This document shows positions 9,001-14,978 of a stretch of DNA of 64,000 nt, piece after piece (positions within the stretch are counted from its first letter, which is position 1; every line of letters begins with the position of its first letter). This DNA is from Magnetococcales bacterium. Its GTDB lineage: Bacteria > Pseudomonadota > Magnetococcia > Magnetococcales > UBA8363. The translations under genes and the position numbers were made by a program. The stretch lies in the NCBI GenBank assembly GCA_002753515.1, contig PEAK01000002.1, positions 65,696-129,695 on the forward strand, read 5' to 3'. A model generated the notes under the pieces. It did no database searches. It saw only the letters and a list, made by a program, of their open reading frames with translations, and was not told the origin of the DNA.

Positions 9001-10618
9001 CGGAGCCATTGGCAGCATCACCGCCAAGACGTTAACGGCGTCGTTGATCGGTGGGCCGGTCAGCAAAATTTACGATGGCACGAACACCGCCACACTCACC
9101 TCCAGCAACTATCAACTCAGCGGTTTGGTTGGCGACCAATCCATCACAGTGGCGCAATCGTTGGGAACCTATGCCCAGGGTGATGTCGGCAGCAACCTGA
9201 CCACCAGTGCCACCCTGTCAAGTTCCAACTTTACCGCCGGTACCGGTACGGTATTGAGTAACTATGTGTTGCCGACAAGCGCCTCCGGAGCCATTGGCAG
9301 CATCACCGCCAAGACGTTAACGGCATCTTTGACGGGCGGGCCGGTCAGCAAAATTTACGATGGCACGAACACCGCCACACTCACCTCCAACAACTATCAA
9401 CTCAGCGGTTTGGTTGGCGACCAATCCATCACGGTGGCGCAACCGTTGGGAGTCTATGCCCAGAGTGATGTCGGTAGCAACCTGACCACCAGTGCCACTC
9501 TGACAAGTTCCAACTTTTCCACCGGTACCGGTACGGTATTGAGCAACTATGTGTTGCCGACAAGCGCCTCCGGAGCCATAGGCAGCATTACGGCGAAGAC
9601 GTTAACGGCGTCGTTGATCGGTGGGCCGGTCAGCAAAATCTACGATGGCACGAACACCGCTACACTCACCTCCAGCAACTATCAACTCAGTGGTTTGGTT
9701 GGCGACCAATCCATCACGGTGGCGCAACCGTTGGCAACCTACGCCCAGAGTGATGTTGGCAGCAACTTGACCACCAGTGCTACGCTGACAAGCAGCAACT
9801 TTACCGCCGGTACCGGTACGGTATTGAGCAACTATGTGTTGCCGACAAGCGCCTCCGGAGCCATTGGCAGCATCACCGCCAAGACGTTAACGGCATCTTT
9901 GACGGGCGGGCCGGTCAGCAAAAACTTTGACGGTACCAATGCAGCACTACTCACTCCGAGCAATTATGTGGTCAGTGGCTTGATTGAAGGTCAATCCCTG
10001 ACAGTGACCCAAACCGCCGCAACCTACGCCCGGAGTGATGCCGGGACAGAGATTCCCATTACTGCCGAACTATCCAGCAATCATTTTTCCGGCAATTCCG
10101 GAACCCGGTTGGCCAACTATCAGCTTCCCGTCAGCGCCTCTGGTCGCATCGGTTCCATTGTCGCGCTACCGCAAGTGGCTGTCGGTCCCCTGATCACAAC
10201 CAAGATCTTTTCCCCTCCACCACCGCCCGTGGTGCTGCCATCCGGAAGTGCAATTTTTGGTTTGGGCCAAAGTGTCGCTTTTATTCCCGCGCCGTTGAAT
10301 ACGGCATCTTCCGTGGCTGCAGGCACGGCGGCACCCGGCAGTCCCAATCAGCCGTCATCTAACAATGCGACGACTACTGCCAGTACCGGCGATTCCACGA
10401 CGAATAATGCCCCTGGCAGCACCGAGACCACAGCGAGCAGTGGTACCACAGCGACAGAGAACAGGGCCTCGGGTGGTACCGTTGCATCCAACTCCCAAGG
10501 TGGGACACCAGGTGACACTTCTGCCGGGGCGCAACTGGTTACCAAGGGGGATGAAAAGAATGTGCATGGCTACGCGAATGATTTTCTGTCGGCACTCTCG
10601 TTGGGAGGTGGCAAGTGA
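5..10618 (+). CDS. Giant filamentous-haemagglutinin-like secreted exoprotein (TpsA-type passenger); 5' end lies outside the window
   Basis: Reading frame is open to the window edge (3537 codons). It contains FHA-type beta-helix motifs (GNGGTIVVWSD, GGNGGLIEISS, GTLLLDPKNIIID; later LVLQANNDITVNSSIV). These are followed by 13 NSLVG/GAVTF repeats, 18 MBG/YDG-type repeats, a poly-Pro stretch (SPPPPPVV) and an S/T/G/N-rich tail. An overlapping TpsB gene follows directly. Confidence 0.8.
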   Translation: MDVSGQKGQKGGRVRLQAGDAKASERGVANLTGSIDASSVDDAGGMVDVSSRYAYVGGTVTTSGKSGGSVKVKAKAVLQTAAVRADATKGPGGSVEVSGSEGIIQTSGANTTATSVDGAGGSVSLTTGANGRIFSSGYLGATGTTGGDITLLGSSIALAAATLDASGATRGGNIVVGGGLHGQGDLRASDTLINPATVLNADATGSGNGGTIVVWSDTTTTFQGSARARGGLNGGNGGLIEISSAQQLNMFGTGDASAIKGDAGTLLLDPKNIIIDSTAGGVAQFDLIDPTEGNGTTLFGNVTVQLSDGTIVVTKPGATIGGAANAGAVYFYNPTTGALTASFTGSTAGDQVGSGGSSYGGGKNGDGITFLNYTNWYNFWYGPNAYTSDLVRDGTKAYLIASPFWNNGAGAVTWVAANSTISGVLSSANSFVGAAAGDSIGLGASGLTANTGNINIWLLPNNNFVIPSPIFGSGKGAVTFGTAAGKFADNSSFLGTVSSSNSLIGSTGNYAANNLAGDQVGSGGLVMLKNNNFVVLSPTWNKSAGAVTFGNQASGFTNGIGTLSATNSLIGATAGTIYQNTVSTNYAVFDGDGVGSSTSYITTLSSGDYVVASPAWNHGKGAVTFGSGTTGKVGTVGSAISLVGTTGGSGDTGGGLYYTNNNGNRNYYGSDLLGSSGIAELGNGAFVIKSPSWNSNRGAVTYVASGTTDLHTLTVSGSSLVGSTAATGAGTYNSNHDSNFGGGDQVGGVTVLPNSNYVVTSSVWNSSKGSVTVVSGSNGHTLLGSNNSAGDTVSATNSLVGGSAGDAVGTTITTLFNTDATNSNKFVASSSGWGSGKGEVTLIDGATGLVGTVSSTNSLVGTTAYVTGSLGGDNVGNSITALTNGNWVITSPNWANYKGAVTFVASGTTPTGNISSTNSLVGATAASYGTAPYTNGICTTCSNGSPAYYGGDQVGSGGIFKLTNNNFLVFSPNWSSKKGAVTFANGSSGAMLDGTTSLKGTISASNSLVGSNASTDFTSSQTDSNGTAVTYTGWRYTVGGDQVGSSVIGTPVVSLSNGNFVLSSSHWTKDTGALTFGRSDGTFDGTNPFIGTISSTNSLVGSTASVQTSPADLTKANRALDDTGDRIGNEGIVSLTGGNGNYLIGSGYWQGSKGAVTWGSGTSGVTGVLSSSNSLVGSTSGTYSGTGDSVGYGLPWYIYYLPTNNNYVIQSPYWNSAFGASTYGTPSSLTPGVISSSNSLVGSHANDYAGISATYLPSITSLGAGDYTITSSNWNSNAGAVTWSNGTGAVTGVISTSNSITGATTQSPANTYAQSLIDSKQFLLSLAGDGSGRVVLAHTDPTIWTYSRAQGNTVKIGPSLLTTALNSGTNLVLQANNDITVNSSIVTNAASTASLSLSAGRSVVIGAGVSINTGNGNLTVLANDSVANGVVDANRDAGNAAITMDSTATLSAGTGTITLTLASSTDKTNNAAGDISLGTINASSVTVKNLGSAGGALTLGGKITATATGTSILLATGGVYTNDYGSSAVLAPGAGRYLLYSGDPRNNKLNGSGGAAGAADGTNHLFGQTFTANPPASQAASGNYYLYSATPTLTVTSSGSVGYGDTLGSLTPQITGYIDGDTVTTAVSGSASYSSAYVAGDAVGSNKAVTVSQGTLTSPLGYIFSFSNGTVSVTAKTLTVALTGTASKTYDATNTATLSASNYQLTGLYNTDTISISKTAATYGQTDAGTGLAVSVTGGLVNGDFSAGAGTTLANYVLPTGALSGTIGTISAKTLTASLTGGPISKGYDGTNTATLTAANYSLSGLIGAQSMTVNQTSGTYAQSGIGTNLSVTSATLASGNFTAGAGTTLANYVLPTSATGNIGTITTKTLTASLTGTVSKTYDGANTATLAANNYQLTGLASGESITVSQTSGTYGQTGVGTNISVSSASLVNGDFTAGAGTSLANYVLPSGVISGNVGTITAKTLTATLTGTVSKTYDGSNTATLASNNYSLSGLVGAQSMTVGQTSGTYAQSNAGTNLTVTSATLAGGDFTAGAGTSLTNYVLPTTASGAIGTINAKTLTASLTGGPISKGYDATNSATLAASNYQLNGLVGAQSITVSQTSGTYAQSAVGTNISITSATLASSDFTAGAGTTLGNYVLPTSASGTIGTITTKTLTASLTGTVSKTYDGTNTATLASNNYQLTGLANGESITVSQASGTFAQSDAGTGISISSASLGNSNFTAGAGTSLANYVLPSGVISGNIGSITAKTLTASLTGGPVSKTYDGSTSATLTSSNYQLSGLVGTQSITVAQPAATYAQSDVGSNLTTSATLSSSNFTAGAGTVLSNYVLPTSASGAIGSVTAKTLTASLTGTVSKTYDGANTATLATSNYQLSGLVGSQSITVTQPAATYAQSDVGSNLATSATLSSSNFSAGAGTVLSNYVLPTSASGAIGSITAKTLTASLTGTASKTYDGANTATLTSSNYQLNGLVGTQSISVAQTAGTYAQSDVGSNLTTSATLTSSNFTGGAGTVLSNYVLPTSASGAIGSITAKTLTASLIGGPVSKIYDGTNTATLTSSNYQLSGLVGNQSITVAQSLGTYAQSDVGSNLATSATLSSSNFSAGAGTVLSNYVLPTSASGAIGSITAKTLTASLTGTVSKTYDGANTATLASSNYQLSGLVGNQSITVAQSLGTYAQSDVGSNLTTSATLTSSNFTAGSGTVLSNYVLPTSASGAIGSITAKTLTASLIGGPVSKIYDGTNTATLTSSNYQLSGLVGSQSITVAQPLGIYAQSDVGSNLTTSVTLTSSNFTGGAGTVLSNYVLPTSASGAIGSITAKTLTASLTGTVSKTYDGANTATLASNNYQLSGLVGNQSITVAQSLGTYAQGDVGSNLTTSATLSSSNFTAGTGTVLSNYVLPTSASGAIGSITAKTLTASLIGGPVSKTYDGTNTATLTSSNYQLSGLVGNQSITVAQPAASYAQSDVGSNLTTSATLTSSNFSAGTGTVLSNYVLPTSASGAIGSITAKTLTASLIGGPVSKIYDGTNTATLTSSNYQLSGLVGDQSITVAQSLGTYAQGDVGSNLTTSATLSSSNFTAGTGTVLSNYVLPTSASGAIGSITAKTLTASLTGGPVSKIYDGTNTATLTSNNYQLSGLVGDQSITVAQPLGVYAQSDVGSNLTTSATLTSSNFSTGTGTVLSNYVLPTSASGAIGSITAKTLTASLIGGPVSKIYDGTNTATLTSSNYQLSGLVGDQSITVAQPLATYAQSDVGSNLTTSATLTSSNFTAGTGTVLSNYVLPTSASGAIGSITAKTLTASLTGGPVSKNFDGTNAALLTPSNYVVSGLIEGQSLTVTQTAATYARSDAGTEIPITAELSSNHFSGNSGTRLANYQLPVSASGRIGSIVALPQVAVGPLITTKIFSPPPPPVVLPSGSAIFGLGQSVAFIPAPLNTASSVAAGTAAPGSPNQPSSNNATTTASTGDSTTNNAPGSTETTASSGTTATENRASGGTVASNSQGGTPGDTSAGAQLVTKGDEKNVHGYANDFLSALSLGGGK
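985..3860 (+). repeat. 13 divergent in-frame protein repeats (~60-95 aa), consensus S-x-NSLVG...GD-x-VGSGG...L-x-N-x-N(F/Y)V(V/I)-x-SP-x-W-x(2,3)-KGAVT(F/W)
   Basis: I counted 13 'GAVT'-type repeat ends in the translation (GAGAVTW, GKGAVTF, SAGAVTF, ... NAGAVTW). Each is preceded by an NSLVG/NSLIG/NSFVG motif. Confidence 0.7.
5027..10165 (+). repeat. 18 tandem in-frame repeats of ~282-297 bp (94-99 aa), MBG/YDG-type (AKTLTASLTG-x-SK-x-YDGTNTATL...NYQLSGLVG...NYVLPTSASGAIGSIT)
   Basis: 18 occurrences of the (A/T)KTLT(A/V)(S/A/T)L unit start. Units 7-17 (about 6760-9900) are near-identical at the DNA level. For example, 8565-8703 is base-for-base identical to 9135-9273, an offset of 570 bp (two units). 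Confidence 0.9.
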
Positions 10619-12312
10619 GGGCTGATGCGTTTGTCTTTTTGCTAGGCTGCCTGGTCTTGTTGTTCGCCAATGATGTGTTGGCACAAGCCGCCATCGATCC
10701 GGGTCGGGTACAGAAGCAATTTGAAGTACCCGTCGTTCCCCATGCGGCCCCTGAAATTGTCATTCCGGAAATCCCGAAAACCATCGCCCCTGCGGAAGCC
10801 GCCAACGTCAAAGTGACGCTGACACAAATTATTATTGATGGTGCAACCGTTTATCCAGAGGATTCGTTGCAAGGAATGACCAACTCGTTGATTGGTCATG
10901 AAATCACCCTGACTGAAATTTTTACCTTGGCCGATGCGATCACCAGCCGTTACCGCAATGATGATTACATCCTCTCGCGTGCCGTGGTCCCGGCACAAAA
11001 GTTGGAAAACGGTGTCTTGCACATTCAGGTGATCGAAGGTTTCATAGACAAGGTGATCTTCGATGGCCAATCCACGGTTCTATTGGAACAGTATGGGAAC
11101 CATATCTCCAAGGATCGCCCCCTGCGTGGTTCTGTATTGGAGCGGTATCTGCTTTTGATGAATGATCTGCCGGGTAGGACGGTTCGGGCTGTCATGGAAC
11201 CATCCAAAGACTCTGTTGGCGGATCCGATCTGACCCTGGTCGTTAAACAGAAAAGTATTGACGCCTATGCCGGGATTGACAATCGGGGTACCCGGTACAT
11301 CGGACCCGTACAGGCTTCAGCCGGAGTGAGCGTCAACAACATGCTCCGGCATGACGATAAGACATCCATCAATTATGCAACCGTCTCCCATACCCGCGAG
11401 TTGCGCTATGTCAACGTCAAGGAGGAGATACCCCTTGGGAATGACGGATTCCTCCTGGCGGTCAACGCGGGTCAAAGTTTCTCCCGACCAGGTTTCCTGT
11501 TGGAACAACTCAATGCCAAAACTGCCGGTGCCATGTTTGGTGCCAAGTTAAGCTATCCGGTCAATCGCAGTCGTGCCGACACCCTGAAGGTATCGGCGGC
11601 TTTTGATTATTTAAATTCGGAAACAACACTCAACAACGAACCCGACATTCCACCTTCATCCACGGATCGCATTCGGGCGCTTCGTGTTGGCTTGATCTAC
11701 GACTGGGCCGATTCGTTCTATGGCCATAACATATTGGAGAGCTACGTCAGTCAGGGGCTTGGTATTTTGAACGCCTCCGACAATCTCAGTGCCACTTTGT
11801 CGCGCCCCGGTGGCAGAGTGGACTTTAAAAAATGGACAATGGATGTATCGCGTCGCCAGGAATTGGATCGTTGGATTTCAAATCTTGGCCTGTATCTGGC
11901 GGCCTCGGCACAGAGTTCCCTGGGCAATACCCTGTTGTCTTCCGAACAGTTCGGTGCGGGTGGTGCAACCTATGGTCGCGGCTATGATCCTTCTGAAATT
12001 ACCGGCGATTCGGGTATCTCATCCAAAGCGGAGGTGCAATACTCCTCCAATTCAAACGGATTTGTCCGCGCATGGCAGATCTATGGCTTTTATGATTTTG
12101 CCCATGTCCGTAACCGGCAGCCTGACAATTTGGAAAAATATTCGTATTCCTTGGCTTCTCTTGGTGGAGGAGCCCGTTTTGACATGCTGGATGCCCTATC
12201 GGGTGATTTCACGGTGGCACAACCTTTAACCCGGGACATCACAGCCGAAAAACTGGATGGCAATGACGGCAAACCCCTCAGACTACAACTTTCGTTAACC
12301 GCCAGATATTGA
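10615..12312 (+). CDS. TpsB outer-membrane transporter (ShlB/FhaC/HecB family hemolysin secretion/activation protein)
   Basis: GTG start overlaps the tpsA stop (GTGA), with GGAGG 7 nt upstream. Signal peptide FVFLLGCLVLLFANDVLAQA. POTRA-like N-terminal region and a beta-barrel ending in ...LQLSLTARY. 565 aa, directly downstream of the exoprotein gene. Confidence 0.85.
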   Translation: MRADAFVFLLGCLVLLFANDVLAQAAIDPGRVQKQFEVPVVPHAAPEIVIPEIPKTIAPAEAANVKVTLTQIIIDGATVYPEDSLQGMTNSLIGHEITLTEIFTLADAITSRYRNDDYILSRAVVPAQKLENGVLHIQVIEGFIDKVIFDGQSTVLLEQYGNHISKDRPLRGSVLERYLLLMNDLPGRTVRAVMEPSKDSVGGSDLTLVVKQKSIDAYAGIDNRGTRYIGPVQASAGVSVNNMLRHDDKTSINYATVSHTRELRYVNVKEEIPLGNDGFLLAVNAGQSFSRPGFLLEQLNAKTAGAMFGAKLSYPVNRSRADTLKVSAAFDYLNSETTLNNEPDIPPSSTDRIRALRVGLIYDWADSFYGHNILESYVSQGLGILNASDNLSATLSRPGGRVDFKKWTMDVSRRQELDRWISNLGLYLAASAQSSLGNTLLSSEQFGAGGATYGRGYDPSEITGDSGISSKAEVQYSSNSNGFVRAWQIYGFYDFAHVRNRQPDNLEKYSYSLASLGGGARFDMLDALSGDFTVAQPLTRDITAEKLDGNDGKPLRLQLSLTARY

Positions 12313-12377
12313 TCATCCCGGACCATTCTTCACAATTTGTCTGGAACCTTAAATCAACGGCATTAGGGAGGATTCGG

Positions 12378-12884
12378 GTGTTGCAAAAAAACGTTCTCTT
12401 TTTGGTTCTTGCAATCTTCGTATTTGGCCTCGGTTGGACGACGGCCGTTCAGGCCAAACCGGAGAACGGCAAAGTTTTTGGCAATTGGACGGTGCAATGT
12501 TCCGTTCCCCCGGGGACGGCGGAGGCGCAATGTGGTGTTTCCCAAACACTGGTGATCAACGAAACCAAAGCACGTCTGATTACCGTCGAAGCCAACCAAC
12601 CCGCCAAGGGGGATCTCAATTTGGCTGTACTATTACCGTTGGGTATCTCGCTCCAGGCGGGAGTCACTTTGGCGTTCGAGGATGCTTCCAAATTGCCCAT
12701 GAATTTGCAACGCTGTGTGGCGGAGGGGTGTCTGGCCACGGTTGCCATAAAGGCCGAACAATTGAAAAAAATGCAGTCACAAAAAGAATTCAAGGTGCAT
12801 GCAGAACTGCCGGGTATTCAGGAAACGGCAAAAATCACTGTTTCCCTGAAAGGATTTGGCGACGCCATCGACAGCCTGAAGTAG
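12378..12884 (+). CDS. Secreted IalB-like (invasion-associated locus B family) protein, tentative
   Basis: GTG at 12378 is preceded by GGGAGG. Signal peptide ends ...WTTAVQA. Size (~170 aa) and spaced Cys pattern (WTVQC...AQCGVSQ...QRCVAEGC) recall IalB-family proteins. The family call is from memory only. Confidence 0.45.
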   Translation: MLQKNVLFLVLAIFVFGLGWTTAVQAKPENGKVFGNWTVQCSVPPGTAEAQCGVSQTLVINETKARLITVEANQPAKGDLNLAVLLPLGISLQAGVTLAFEDASKLPMNLQRCVAEGCLATVAIKAEQLKKMQSQKEFKVHAELPGIQETAKITVSLKGFGDAIDSLK

Positions 12885-12974
12885 GCCGGCATGCGCACGG
12901 ACCCCGTCTCGCTTTACAGACGAGCGCGAGAAAGTTTGATTGGTATGCTCTATGCTAGGGACTTGTCAAGCATA

Positions 12975-13150
12975 GCCTTGATCATCGTTTCGGCCAATGC
13001 TCACGGAAGATGCTTCGACACCGTCTGGATTCCCGCTTTCGCGGGAATGACGAACATCTGCTGCTATCTTGGACGATTTTCTCGTCATTCCCGCGAAAGC
13101 GGGAATCCAGAATGAGTTGGCACGGTCGAAACGATGATCAAGACCTCAAG
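12975..13150. repeat. MITE/REP-like nested palindromic element (variant copy)
   Basis: The perfect inverted repeat ctggattcccgctttcgcgggaatgacg (13026-13052) pairs with cgtcattcccgcgaaagcgggaatccag (13083-13110). It is nested inside an outer inverted repeat (cttgatcatcgtttcg near 12978 / cgaaacgatgatcaag near 13129). The core is related to the copies at 25228, 25842 and 47178. Confidence 0.75.
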
Positions 13151-13194
13151 CATCGACCTGGCAACCGTGAGCGACTTGCAGGAACTCTTGTACA

Positions 13195-13809
13195 ATGACC
13201 CGAAGAACGAGCAAATCTCGCAAGAATGATAGAGACACAGTGCAGGATCGAAATACCGTTTTCCGTGTGGGGACATCCGTTCTTCTTGCCAGCGCCTCCC
13301 TCTTCTTGTTTGTTGCGCTACAGTCTTACAACTCGCATGATCCCTCTTTTAACGGTACTGGAAACGGTCATGTTGTCAATCAGGGCGGACTTGTTGGCGC
13401 TTATCTATCCGATATCCTGATTCAACTCTTCGGTTTTTCATCCGTATGGATACCCTTTTTCATCGCTTTGGCGGCATTTCTCAATATATGGCGCTCACCA
13501 ACAGGTCTTCTTTGGGAACAAGTCGCAACCCTGCCCATGCTTGCAGCCGTTACTTGCATCGCATCCGCCATGTTGGATAAGGCGAAAATATTTCCGTTAC
13601 CAGCAGGGCCGGGTGGTCTGGTTGGCTCCATGGCGATCAATGCCCTGAATCAGACCCTCGGACGTTTCGGGACATCGATTCTATTGGTAACGCTTGGAAT
13701 TTTTTCCATTCTTGTCATAACAAGAATTTCCCTGACCAACATGATCAGTTGGTTTCGAGGCGGTATCCAGGGTTCAAAATCTTGGTATTCCGCGGAAAAA
13801 CCTGTTTAA
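13195..13809 (+). CDS. Stand-alone FtsK N-terminal 4-TM membrane domain protein (no linker or motor domain)
   Basis: 204 aa with four hydrophobic segments and the FtsK_4TM-like motif NQGGLVGAYLSDILIQLFGFSSVWIPFF. The ORF stops at 13809, and no FtsK alpha/beta/gamma ATPase sequence follows in any frame. Confidence 0.6.
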   Translation: MTRRTSKSRKNDRDTVQDRNTVFRVGTSVLLASASLFLFVALQSYNSHDPSFNGTGNGHVVNQGGLVGAYLSDILIQLFGFSSVWIPFFIALAAFLNIWRSPTGLLWEQVATLPMLAAVTCIASAMLDKAKIFPLPAGPGGLVGSMAINALNQTLGRFGTSILLVTLGIFSILVITRISLTNMISWFRGGIQGSKSWYSAEKPV

Positions 13810-13952
13810 AGAATGGTGTTCCCCCGTGCATTGCACGAGAACGCCATCGTTTCATACCTACATTGAAATCGGTTGACATCGTTCTCGGTACAAACTGCCA
13901 AGGACAGCGCGGAAAATCATTGCATTGCACAGGGGGTACATCCGTTACAATA

Positions 13953-13984
13953 GGGGGGGGATCCCGTCCGGCCCCCCCCCCGGG
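13953..13984. terminator. G8...C10 homopolymer hairpin between convergent genes (possible bidirectional terminator)
   Basis: gggggggg (13953-13960), an atcccgtccgg loop, then cccccccccc (13972-13981). It sits between the ftsK-N stop and the yfdX-like stop. There is no clear U-tract. Confidence 0.3.
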
Positions 13985-13985
13985 T

Positions 13986-14924
13986 TTACGTCGTCTTGTC
14001 TCCCACGGTTTTTTCAGACTCGGTGGATTTCCAATCAAACAGCTTGCGGAACGTGGCGGAAAGCTCATCAAAGATGTTTTTACCACCTTTCCTTCCCGAT
14101 ATTTTCTTTTCCACCTCCTTGAGTTGCTCGAACAACTCCTTGTAATCGCTACGGGTTCGTCCATAGCCCAGCAGTTCGGCCATTTCCAAACTATGTTGGG
14201 CACCTTCGAGCAATTCCTTGAGACGCTTTTCCTCAATATCGTTTCTCGATGCATTTTCAGCCAGGGTCTCGGCTTCATGAAGCATGGCCCGGCAGCGCAC
14301 AACCGGTAACGGAATCACCCTTTCCTCGGTGATCACCAGGGTTCCGAGTACTGTCTGAAGTGCCATCTTCGCTTCGGCGATATGACCGGAATCGATCAAA
14401 GGAACCGCCATCTTGATCGCAAGGGGATAGGTGGCCAGGGGTAGGCTCAATGTTTGTATGGAAACCTCGCTGGCCAATTCTGCGAGCAGTCGGCGCGCCT
14501 TCTGCACCTCGCCATTTTTAAGCGCCTTTACGGCATAGTCAATACTGGGTTTGATCGCATGTGTCCCGGTAAAGGTGTCCCGAACAACGGCCTTGACTTC
14601 CACCGGTGCCAGGGACAACGATGGGTTGCGGGCCAGGATCATTTCCAACTTGCCGATGGCGTGTGTCAACGCCTCCATGGTTTTATCCCGATCGTTGGCA
14701 TCCAGGGCGGCCAGTGCGTTTCTGGTTTCCTCCACAGCAATCTTTGCCTCTTCGACAATCTGTTGGCGCCGACTTGCGATTTCGGAAGCGGTTTCCTGGT
14801 TGACGCGCTCCTGCACCGACCGGGTCACCTGACTTTGGGGTTCCTCCGGGGAAGGGACGAAGTCTTTTTCCGATTCCTCTTTCAGAACCTCCCTGACGTC
14901 ATCTTTCAGTTTTGCATCGCTCAT
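13986..14924 (-). CDS. YfdX-family-like protein, cytoplasmic paralog (no signal peptide), tentative family call
   Basis: ATG at 14924 is preceded by GGAGGA (gcggaggaaaaaccATG). It is paralogous to the upstream gene (shared ILAR(N/D)P-L-LAPV, (L/I)PLATYP-AIK, ELLGYG motifs). The (L/I)PLATYP...AIK...L(I/V)D helical repeat layout resembles YfdX. Confidence 0.45.
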   Translation of the reverse strand: MSDAKLKDDVREVLKEESEKDFVPSPEEPQSQVTRSVQERVNQETASEIASRRQQIVEEAKIAVEETRNALAALDANDRDKTMEALTHAIGKLEMILARNPSLSLAPVEVKAVVRDTFTGTHAIKPSIDYAVKALKNGEVQKARRLLAELASEVSIQTLSLPLATYPLAIKMAVPLIDSGHIAEAKMALQTVLGTLVITEERVIPLPVVRCRAMLHEAETLAENASRNDIEEKRLKELLEGAQHSLEMAELLGYGRTRSDYKELFEQLKEVEKKISGRKGGKNIFDELSATFRKLFDWKSTESEKTVGDKTT

Positions 14925-14978
14925 GGTTTTTCCTCCGCAATAGGGAAAAGATCGAGGTTCTCTGGAACGCCGTCCCAA

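Noticed and set aside
5027-10165. Highly regular repeat array that could superficially resemble a CRISPR or satellite locus
   Set aside because: The period is ~282-297 bp, not 25-40 bp repeats with unique spacers. The whole array stays in one long open frame and encodes a coherent protein repeat, so it is coding repeat structure.
9900-10618. Possible CdiA-type C-terminal toxin with a downstream immunity gene
   Set aside because: The C-terminus is a low-complexity Pro/Ser/Thr/Gly/Asn tail with no VENN-like boundary or globular domain visible. The next genes are tpsB and a signal-peptide-bearing IalB-like protein, not a small cytoplasmic immunity protein.
12891-13198. ORFs reading through MITEs (12891-13115, 13010-13198, 25014-25340, 25659-25955) giving peptides such as IPAFAGMT, SRHSRESGNPE and HPRESGDPES
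   Set aside because: These peptides are the translation of the palindromic repeat arms themselves. They recur wherever the element occurs and are a known type of annotation artefact.
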